Position numbers and translations under genes: made by a program
Source of the DNA: a virus
Taxonomy: Duplodnaviria; Caudoviricetes
Virus record (IMG/VR): IMGVR_UViG_3300032312_000606
Location: 1-44,635 of that record
Strand: one strand, 5' to 3'
DNA length: 44,635 nucleotides
The notes under the pieces: model-generated
Told to the model about the DNA's origin: nothing
Databases searched by the model: none
What the model saw: only the letters and a program-made list of their open reading frames with translations
Shown here: piece by piece, positions 1 to 8,400 of the stretch
How the letters are laid out: every line of letters begins with the position of its first letter
How positions within the stretch are numbered: the first letter of the stretch is position 1

Positions 1-6
1 CCCTCC

Positions 7-603
7 TTAGACGGCAACCGGCGTGTAGTTCGCGCCGGAGACGCGGACTTGGCCGAATTGGAATTGAGCAATCGTGGCGCGGACGATAACGTAAGCGTCA
101 CCCCAGTTGTTGTCCGGGTACGGAGCAATATCAACGATACGCATCGCAGCGACACCGTTAGCGCCCGCGAGGGACGTTGACAGAGTGGCTTGCGACAGGC
201 CCGTGGTATTCGACCCAGCAGTTGAGTTGGTGATATTGGCTTCGTCTCCGATGGAGGTCTGAGCCAGAGTGCCGTCAGCTTGAATTTCGTAAACGATGTT
301 GGGATCGTTGTAGAAATAGGCCACGCACGAACCGGTCTGGTATGCGGTGTTAGCCGGCCAGTAGTTCGACACGCGACGACGACCGGTGGTATCGGTCCAC
401 TCAACGCCAGCGAAAGCGCCGACGAAGGCTTCCGAGCCCGAGGCCGGGACGATGGTGCCAGCCGTGTCGTACTTGACCGGTTGACCCTTCAGAATATCTG
501 CGGGATACGCAGATGCGATGCCGCCAGCAAGCGCCTGAGCACGATCCAAGCCAGAAGGATGGAACGCAGGACGCAGGCCGAACGGAGCAGAGGTTGCAGA
601 CAT
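7..603 (-). CDS. Virion structural protein (head decoration/cement-like)
   Basis: 198 aa, Gly/Ala/Thr-rich, N-terminal 'APFGLRP' typical of phage head accessory proteins. AGGAG RBS upstream. A GGAGGG RBS follows its stop (1-6) for the next, off-window gene. Confidence 0.6.
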   Translation of the reverse strand: MSATSAPFGLRPAFHPSGLDRAQALAGGIASAYPADILKGQPVKYDTAGTIVPASGSEAFVGAFAGVEWTDTTGRRRVSNYWPANTAYQTGSCVAYFYNDPNIVYEIQADGTLAQTSIGDEANITNSTAGSNTTGLSQATLSTSLAGANGVAAMRIVDIAPYPDNNWGDAYVIVRATIAQFQFGQVRVSGANYTPVAV

Positions 604-622
604 AACTGTCTCCTTTGTTTAG

Positions 623-1165
623 TTACCCGTGGAATACGGGAGCCTTAACTTCTCGGTCCAAATCGCCAAATCCGTCACCTTCGACTCGGCCCAAGCTCTT
701 GCCTGAGCTATCTCGCGCACCCTGCAGGTTCTCAATCTGAACGCGGATCTTGTCCGCCTCCTCGTTGGGAGCCTCGTGGTGCATCTGCAACATGAGGTCT
801 TGGTACGCATCCATGGGGAGTTTGTACAAGCGCATCTCGTTGCACGCGATGAAACCAATATCCTCGCCAGCCTTTACGCGGTAATTATCGAAGCCCGGGA
901 GTTCGTCCGCCATAACGGGGACATACCCAAGTCGAATCCGCTTATCAATGCTGTCGTAAGCGTTGGTTGTCGAAAGCCAACAGATGTGCCAGCCCGGAAT
1001 CTCCGGCACCTTTGGCAGCGCACTTTGTGTCCACTCATCGCTCCACATCTTTCGACGTTCCTGCGCTGACATGAACTTCTCTTCAGGGGCTTTGCGGGTA
1101 GCGTCCTCGCTAGCACGAGTTTCGCGGCCACCAGCCATGAGAGTTTTCTTGAGACGAGAATCCAT
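623..1165 (-). CDS. Head-module hypothetical protein
   Basis: 180 aa ORF tightly packed between scaffold-like and head genes. Confidence 0.6.
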   Translation of the reverse strand: MDSRLKKTLMAGGRETRASEDATRKAPEEKFMSAQERRKMWSDEWTQSALPKVPEIPGWHICWLSTTNAYDSIDKRIRLGYVPVMADELPGFDNYRVKAGEDIGFIACNEMRLYKLPMDAYQDLMLQMHHEAPNEEADKIRVQIENLQGARDSSGKSLGRVEGDGFGDLDREVKAPVFHG

Positions 1166-1167
1166 AG

Positions 1168-2094
1168 TTATCCCCTATTAGCTTTGTCGTAAGCAATGAA
1201 CTGCTTGATCATTCGGTTGCGCTTCTCAACGTCATCCCACATGCCCGCCTCTTTGATAGCTCGAACACGCTCGGGACTGAGAACGTAGCCATTACCGCTA
1301 CGCCCGCCCACCGATTCACGAACAGATCCCGTTACCACGCTTCGGGGTCTCCTTTGAGGACGCTCGTCCTGCGATTGATTGTATCTATGGGGCAAACGCT
1401 TCTGCAAGCGATTATCAAGTTCTTCCCAATAATCTTCTGTCGCGGGGTTCCAGCCCTCCTGCGTCAGCTTGGCGTCGATAATCTTTGCAATCTGCGTGTC
1501 TTCGTCACCGGCCTCTGGGTCATACCAAGAATTAGCCTCTAGCCAATCATTGGCCAGACGCTTAACCTTCGGATTTACCGAGGCTTCTCGTGTCGTTGAT
1601 TCTTCGGCCTGCTGCCTAATGCCGTGCAACGATTCAAGGCGCTTACGCGACTCTGCCTCAATTTCTCTGGCGCGAATAAAAGCATCGCCATTTGAGTTAT
1701 CAGTGGCCTCGCGCATTTTGGTCATGGCGTATTGCAGACGCAGTTGCTCGTCTTCAATTGCCTTCTCCAAACGCGCCATATCAGAGCTATGAGCACGCTG
1801 CTCTACAACAGCTAGACGTCCCATCAACTCCTGATTCTGGCGTTGCAGGGCCTCGAGACGGGCATCTTTCTCGGCATTCCGCTGGCGCACATAATCCTTC
1901 TTGGCGCGTCGACGGGCACGCTTTGCAGCCCTTACCTCTTCGTCATCATCAGGATGGTCGTCATCTGCGGAGCCACCCTCTGCCATCTGACTCGGGACTT
2001 CTTCACCCTCCGGGAGTTCTATTACCGCAGAACCGTCAGCCGCCTCTTCAACAAGCTCAACGTCCTGCATCTTGTCTTCATTATCAGCACTCAT
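1168..2094 (-). CDS. Putative capsid scaffolding protein
   Basis: Acidic N-terminus, long coiled coil, basic C-terminal helix; position between portal and capsid genes. Confidence 0.6.
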   Translation of the reverse strand: MSADNEDKMQDVELVEEAADGSAVIELPEGEEVPSQMAEGGSADDDHPDDDEEVRAAKRARRRAKKDYVRQRNAEKDARLEALQRQNQELMGRLAVVEQRAHSSDMARLEKAIEDEQLRLQYAMTKMREATDNSNGDAFIRAREIEAESRKRLESLHGIRQQAEESTTREASVNPKVKRLANDWLEANSWYDPEAGDEDTQIAKIIDAKLTQEGWNPATEDYWEELDNRLQKRLPHRYNQSQDERPQRRPRSVVTGSVRESVGGRSGNGYVLSPERVRAIKEAGMWDDVEKRNRMIKQFIAYDKANRG

Positions 2095-2528
2095 ACGAAG
2101 GCCCTCATAGCAAGCGGATCACCTGTCACCGTGGCGATGATTTCGTGATCGTTGAGAATCATGAACATGGCCGGGTCTTCTGCATCGTCATCCCCGGGCA
2201 CCTTGACTTCCCATCTGTCGCCACCCCACTTCGGGACGCGCAGATAGTCGCCAACCTCACACCAAGAACCCTCCGGCCATGGCTGCATCGTGTCGCGATG
2301 CTTGAATGCCAAAGGCCCGATGGCAACTACCTTGGCCACCATGTTGTTCCACTTCTCGGTTTCCTTGGTCTCTTCAACCAAGATGATTCCCGCTTGCCCA
2401 ACCTTCTTCTTCGTTCGACGCAACTGCACCAGAATGCGTCCGCCGAGAGGTCTAGCACCGGGGTCTACGCTCGGAAATGCCCAAGCCAACTCGGCTTCGT
2501 TAAAAGCCTCCGGGTTACCTGTCGTCAT
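2091..2528 (-). CDS. groES: GroES/Cpn10-like co-chaperonin
   Basis: RPLGGRILV, AGIILVEET, AKVVAIGP, EVGDYLRVPKWGG and ILNDHEIIATV follow the Cpn10 pattern. Confidence 0.85.
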   Translation of the reverse strand: MTTGNPEAFNEAELAWAFPSVDPGARPLGGRILVQLRRTKKKVGQAGIILVEETKETEKWNNMVAKVVAIGPLAFKHRDTMQPWPEGSWCEVGDYLRVPKWGGDRWEVKVPGDDDAEDPAMFMILNDHEIIATVTGDPLAMRAFV

Positions 2529-2700
2529 CTTCTTCCTTCATCAATGAATCAAGAATATCGAGGGCCTCTTGTAGGCCCGCGTGTTGCCCGACCATGCGGT
2601 GATACGTCTCCCACGTCGCGGCATGACCCGTAGCGAGAGAGGCGGCTATCTCAGCCTGACGCACCTTGATGCCGCCGATCAGGTCTCCAATGGTCTTCAC
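2515..2700 (-). CDS. Small conserved head-module protein
   Basis: 61 aa, GTG start overlapping the upstream TGA; YHRMVGQHAGL helix. Confidence 0.65.
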   Translation of the reverse strand: MKTIGDLIGGIKVRQAEIAASLATGHAATWETYHRMVGQHAGLQEALDILDSLMKEEDDDR

Positions 2701-2846
2701 TTCTTCTTCGCTTGGCTCAATGCACCTCCCTGTTGTTGACTGCCGCCCTTCGGCTGCAGGCTAGTACCGTCCAGCTTCTCGCCCATGGCAATGCGCTTAT
2801 GCATCGGCACATTGATCCCTTTCTGCTCTTGGTCACTGGTAGCCAA
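2697..2846 (-). CDS. 49-aa small protein (absent from ORF track)
   Basis: TTG start after a GGGAGGG RBS; MATSDQEQKGINVPMHKRIAMGEKLDGTSLQPKGGSQQQGGALSQAKKK. Fills the gap and its stop overlaps the next start (GTGA). Confidence 0.6.
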   Translation of the reverse strand: MATSDQEQKGINVPMHKRIAMGEKLDGTSLQPKGGSQQQGGALSQAKKK

Positions 2847-5409
2847 TTGGCCCTCCCTGTTTCATGGTGATGTCCAATACAGCCTTCTCGCCATCCTGCT
2901 TCAACTTGGCGGCATCGCGGGTCAACCGGGCTGTCTCGATGCGCTCCTTCATCTCCTGATCGCCCATAGCAATGGCCAATCGGAGTTGGAGTTCTTCCAT
3001 GTCCTTCTGGTGGTCCTGCTGCATCTTCTGCATCTGGATCTGGATGTCTGCCGCGGCTTCCTGCTCCTTGAGAGCCATCTCAGCCTGATCGCGGGCAGCG
3101 CGACGTTGGGTCTCTGCCATGCTGGTCTGCAGGACAACCTCGCCATCCGGCGTAAGTTGGGGCTTCGGCTTGAACTGCTCCATCTGCTTAACCATCTGCT
3201 GGATGACAGGCATGATGCCGGCCAGCGTCTGCTGGGCGTCCATGTCGACGTGCTGAGAGGCAGCGCCAAACATCTTGTCGACCATGCCCGGGTCCTGCAG
3301 CAGTTCGTACTCTTCCATCTTGCGACCCAGAGACTTCTCGACGTACCCATTCATGCGGTTCAGGTACCAGAGCACAATGTGCTGCTTAATGTGCTCGACC
3401 GCTTTGGGCAGGAATCCCGGGGCGATAAACGGGTTGCCACCGAATATCGGGTTCTTTGCGAAGTCTAGGTGCGCTTGAATGTGACCCAGATGGTCCTGCT
3501 CTGGGTAGGCAAAGGCTGCCTGACCGATAGCCATGGCCACATTCTCGTTGGCAGCGTCCATCTTGGTCGGCGGAGGCGTATCAACCATCAGTTCATTGAT
3601 ACCCGGCACCTTGATCTGCTTTAGGAACCGCTCAATCACCACTTTGCGGTTAAACAGGTCGGGATTCTTCTCCATGATGGCCATGACGGCTTGCGTCTGC
3701 GCCATACGCTGCGTTTCCGAGAAGATGTGCGGATCCGACACCGGAATGACGTCGGTAATGCGGGCAAAATCTTCTCGAGTGATGTCCAGATCCTCAACAA
3801 CCTCGCCGCGGCGCATGTCATCGAGGTACCAGCGGTTGATTCGGCTCAAAATCCGCAGAACTCGACCCTGTGACTCATGCAAACGGGCATGAATGGCAGA
3901 GAACACCGCTGCACCCTGCTCAATCATCGCCTGCGTAGTGCCTACAGGCGCGTTTGACGTCACGTCAGCGATCTTTTCCTCTGCGGTGGTCACCACACCC
4001 TTGGCAGCGTTCGTCAGCCAGCCCAGAAGCTCCATGAGAACCGGGCTCGGCGGGTTGAACGGCATCGGCATGGCAATCTTGCGCACGTCATCGACGCCCG
4101 GGGCTGCCTCAATCTCGGAAACCTGCGTCACTTCGACCTGCTGGGACTGACCGGACACCTTGGCGCCCTTCAGTTTCAGCATGGTCGCTGCGTTATTGAT
4201 GTGAGCCGAGTCCATCAGGGCACGCAAAGCACCCGTCAGAGCCGCTGAGAGGCCGCCTATGAGGTGCGGGAGACCCACGGCATATGCACCCCGCCACGGA
4301 ATGAATTTGAACTCAACAATCCAGTCCAATTTGGTCTGGGTTTCGTCGCCTTCTTCCCAGTTGCGGTACAAACCGACGACTTCCGTCTCTAGTTCGTCAA
4401 TCATGAGGATGTACGGGGCCAATTCGCCCTTCGTATACGGGTCATCCTCAAGCTCTAGCCATGTGTATACATGGTAGATACGGCGCACACCGTCTTCGTT
4501 GCTACCAGCACTCCGCCCCTCGACCTTATCGGTCGCCTTTTGGGGGCCGGTCGGCTCAGGATCCATGGTGGCGCGGATGAATGACGTGTCCCGGTACAGG
4601 CCAGAGTCGATCCGGCGCTTGAATTCGTACTCAGAGATGTCGTCAACTTCGGTAATGCGCTGCGCGGTGTAGAAGTTAGCCGCGGAGAAGGGCAGCAGCA
4701 CGTTGTCGATGGGCAGAAACTGCGCACAGGGGCGCTGCTTACGCTCGTCGTACCAGATCTTCATGTACTGAGAACCACCCAGCGGCAATTGAGTGAGCAT
4801 CTGCTCCTCTTCGTCGCGGAATTCCTCAATCTGCTCCGTCAACTGCCAGTTCATGAACTCCGACTTGCGCTCTGCAGAGTCGGTTTTTTCCTGAGTGACG
4901 TCGCCAAGGATCTTGGTGCGGGTCGGACCATCAGGCGGGAACAGTTCCTTAATCGCTCTGGACGCAAAATCCACGCACGCTTCGGCCATAACCGGGTGGA
5001 CAACCTTGCTGGCACCCTGAAAGTTAGCTCCACCGGGGGCGTCATTACCCAAACCGGTGCGGCGGATGCCGTCTTCGTACTGCTTGTCGCGCTCCTTGCG
5101 GGCTTCCTTGTCCTTCTCGGCCAGTTCGATGTACCGCAGAGCCAGCTTTTGGACGTCGAAGTTGTCAATCCTGTCGGAGTCAGCAAGGTTCTCATAGAAG
5201 TCTTCAGACTCCATGGGGCCCTTGGTGTCTAGCTTGACCACTACAGAGCCATCCGGAAGCTCTTCAAGCTCCGAATCGTCCAGTTCTACGTCGACCTCCA
5301 TGCCTTCTTCAACCTCCGGAGCGCCTTCTGCCCCTTCAGGTTGGGCATCCATGGGGATACCCTCAACAAAGCGGTCGAACTCAGGATCAATCGGGAATTG
5401 TTCAGCCAT
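2833..5409 (-). CDS. Portal protein (P22-like, with long C-terminal coiled-coil barrel)
   Basis: 858 aa; HPVMAEACVDF..RA.KELFP, MLTQLPLGGSQYMK, GVVTTAEEK, APVGTTQAMIEQG; Gln-rich helical tail; lies downstream of terminase. Confidence 0.85.
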   Translation of the reverse strand: MAEQFPIDPEFDRFVEGIPMDAQPEGAEGAPEVEEGMEVDVELDDSELEELPDGSVVVKLDTKGPMESEDFYENLADSDRIDNFDVQKLALRYIELAEKDKEARKERDKQYEDGIRRTGLGNDAPGGANFQGASKVVHPVMAEACVDFASRAIKELFPPDGPTRTKILGDVTQEKTDSAERKSEFMNWQLTEQIEEFRDEEEQMLTQLPLGGSQYMKIWYDERKQRPCAQFLPIDNVLLPFSAANFYTAQRITEVDDISEYEFKRRIDSGLYRDTSFIRATMDPEPTGPQKATDKVEGRSAGSNEDGVRRIYHVYTWLELEDDPYTKGELAPYILMIDELETEVVGLYRNWEEGDETQTKLDWIVEFKFIPWRGAYAVGLPHLIGGLSAALTGALRALMDSAHINNAATMLKLKGAKVSGQSQQVEVTQVSEIEAAPGVDDVRKIAMPMPFNPPSPVLMELLGWLTNAAKGVVTTAEEKIADVTSNAPVGTTQAMIEQGAAVFSAIHARLHESQGRVLRILSRINRWYLDDMRRGEVVEDLDITREDFARITDVIPVSDPHIFSETQRMAQTQAVMAIMEKNPDLFNRKVVIERFLKQIKVPGINELMVDTPPPTKMDAANENVAMAIGQAAFAYPEQDHLGHIQAHLDFAKNPIFGGNPFIAPGFLPKAVEHIKQHIVLWYLNRMNGYVEKSLGRKMEEYELLQDPGMVDKMFGAASQHVDMDAQQTLAGIMPVIQQMVKQMEQFKPKPQLTPDGEVVLQTSMAETQRRAARDQAEMALKEQEAAADIQIQMQKMQQDHQKDMEELQLRLAIAMGDQEMKERIETARLTRDAAKLKQDGEKAVLDITMKQGGPIGYQ

Positions 5410-8400
5410 TTTTTGACCTCTTCTTCATCTTCTTGACCGGTCCACCGGCCTTGAAACCTTCGCGTATCAGATGGCGAATGTATGCGTCACTAAACTCTTG
5501 ACTCGGCAAGCCCTCACCCTTCACGCCAAGAGCCAAATCGTAGTACCCGGGGCCCTGCCGCTCTGGGTTCATCTCTTTGAACCTTCTGTGCCAGTCAGGC
5601 AGGAACACTTCCGTCGGGGTAGGCATCACGTTGTAGCCCAAGTCCTCACCCTTCATCAGCACCGGGAAACCCGGGTGAAGGTCCGGACGGTACATGAACT
5701 CTTTCTCTAGACTGAACAGGCGCGGGCCAGCAGCAAACGTCGGCACGTCACCACCATGCTCCGGGTGTAGCAAGCCGGGTTCCGTCTCAGCCTTCAGGAT
5801 GTCCGTCGGACGGAAGATCACACCCTTGCCGCTCTTCTCTCCGCCAAGGGATACACCGCCCTTACTCGGCGGGATACCCTGACCCATCATGATGTCTGCC
5901 AGTGCAGCACGCTTCTCAAACGTGTCTGCCTGCTTCCAGATGCCGGGGTCGCGGATGTCTGCACCCTCACCGAAGGTCAGAGCCAAGTTCTTGTTGATCT
6001 TCGCTTCCAACTCCGGCGAGAGCTTGCCTTCCTTCATGGCAGCTCTGAACTCCCGCTTAAGCTTGTCAAACACGATCGGGTTGGTCTTCAGTTGGGTGGC
6101 CGACCCAAGCATCGTCGTCCACGCCGTCTCCGGGGTCGACAGGTTTGCCAGACGTGCAGCAGTAGTCGCTTCACCGACGCCCCACACCTTGCCGGCATAG
6201 TTGGGGTCCACAGCACTGAGGGCAGAGAACGATGCACCACCGATGTTGCCGCCGCCTACCCGGGTGCGGTCTGCCTGCGTGGTGACAGTCTTCTTGAAGC
6301 CCTTCTCCATCAGTTGGCCAAAGGCTTCGGATGGCTTTACTTGCGATTGCGACTTGATGTACTTGGCAGCCTCACGGCCAGCAGCAGCACGTCCAGCAGC
6401 ATCCATGTCTCCCTTGAATGCCTCTTCGATGAGACTGGCGGCCTTCTTGACCATGCCAGCCTTTGATACCGTGCCTCCACCAGCGTATCCACGCATGGCG
6501 CGTACCAAGTCATCATGGGTAGTTTTGTCGCCACCCACACGATCCCAGATGGTGTGATGCACCAGATGCTGATAGAACGGGTCAAGCGACGGGTCCAGAG
6601 CCATGTCTAGAGCGTTTTGACGCGCAGCCAGACGCGCCACAGCCTCCTCGCCACCCTCACCCTTGCCGCGCTTCATGAACTTGGCTGCTTCCTTGCCACC
6701 GCCTTCTGTGTTCAGGCGCAGTTGGCGGGCATCCAGCGTTGGAAAGTCACCGCGGCCAAGCATGGCGCCCATGAACCCGCTCTTGGCAGGGCCGATACCC
6801 GGCACCGACTGCGACAGTTCCCGGTAACGCTCGGGGCCACCCAGAATCATGGCAGGCACGTCCATCGAAGAGCCCGACAGGTTCTCTGCCGCCCAGCGCA
6901 TGTCATCCGCTAGAACATTCGGCATACCGAAGGGAGAGAACTTCTCTTGAAGGTCCTTCAGCACCCGGGGGTCAATCTCACCACGCTCTGCAGCGTCCAG
7001 ATACCGCTGGCCTTCCGGGGAGCCTAGCCACTCGGAGAATGCACCTTCCGGTCTTACACGCTCGTCAGTCTTCGGCAGTTTCATGCCGGTCTTGGTAGCA
7101 GATGCGTGCGACAGGCCACCACGGTTCACGCTTGACCGGGTGATGGTGTAAGCCTTGATCAGATCTCTCGCGCCGATGTCACCCTTCTGGGCACGCTTCA
7201 CCTGATCGGCCATGAAGTTGCCAAAGCCCTTCTGGATGTAGTCAGGCACCTCTGGTACGTTGACCGCCTCGGCCACCTCACCCATAGGCTTCCACTGCCA
7301 GTCAGCAATGTGCTTCGACTCAGGGTCTGCGTACTTCTGAATGTTGCCCTTGGCAGACGTCGCGCCCTCAACGGCGCCCTTGATCATCTTGACTATGCCG
7401 CCCTTAGCAAACTCAGGGATGCTTTTAGTGACATACCCACCGCGCTTCATGCCCTTGGGACCGAATTTGGGATCTGAGAAGTGCGGGTCCGGGGTGAACT
7501 CGTTGGTTTTTTTGAAACGCTCCAGTTCGTCTCGGGTGACATAACGCGGCATATTGTCTGGCAAAAATGCTATTCGCGGCCCATATCCAGCAGTCACATC
7601 GACCATGCCAATCTTGTCTAGGTCGTCGGTGACTTCCGTCCCGCTCTCACGGACATACCGCTGCAGGTAGGGCCAGTAGTCCTCATTGACCGGGCCGTTT
7701 CTTTTGCCCTTGATCTGGGTGATTATCCCCGGCTGAGTCTTTGTCCATTCCACATAACCGGGCATGGGTTGGTTAACCCATTTTCCAGTCTCATCTCGAT
7801 AACCAGCACTAGCGGCCACCATGCGCCTAAATTGCGGGTCCGCATAATCACCGGTTGACTCAAGAGTTGACATGCGCCTTTCCAACTCTGCGGCTTCTTC
7901 CGGCGATGCTGTCTTAAGCCACCTCTGTGGGTCTGCGCCTCGACCCGCCTTGCTAATTTCAACTGTTGCATGCGGCCTGTTCTTGGTATCGCGGAACGAC
8001 AGCACCTGAGCATCACCGCTCTTAATGGCTTCCCAGCCGCCATGGCCGTAGGACGAACTGCCCTCATGGGCAGCATCTTCAATCCAATCCGGGTGACTGC
8101 TGGGTGGCTCGTACCCTTCTACAGAGTGACCCATAATCTGGGACTCTTTCGAGAACTGACCGGGCTTGTCCAACTGGACCATACGATAGCCACCGAACTC
8201 ACGGTGCGGCGTCAGGTTGGCAGCAGACGTTGCCTCTGCTCTGGCCATCTGCGCCGCCTTCTCGGCGTCATACCGGGAGGTGCGCTTGACAGCGTCAGTC
8301 ACGCTCAACCGGCTCAAGTCTTCCGGCTTTAAGTCGCCGCGCCTCATGTCGCTGCGCAACACATCCATGATGTGGTTAAAGCCAAGGTTGCCCATGACTT

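Noticed and set aside
1692-3468. Long plus-strand ORFs (313 aa and 227 aa) opposite head genes
   Set aside because: Antisense shadows expected in GC-rich coding DNA; no RBS or recognisable motifs.
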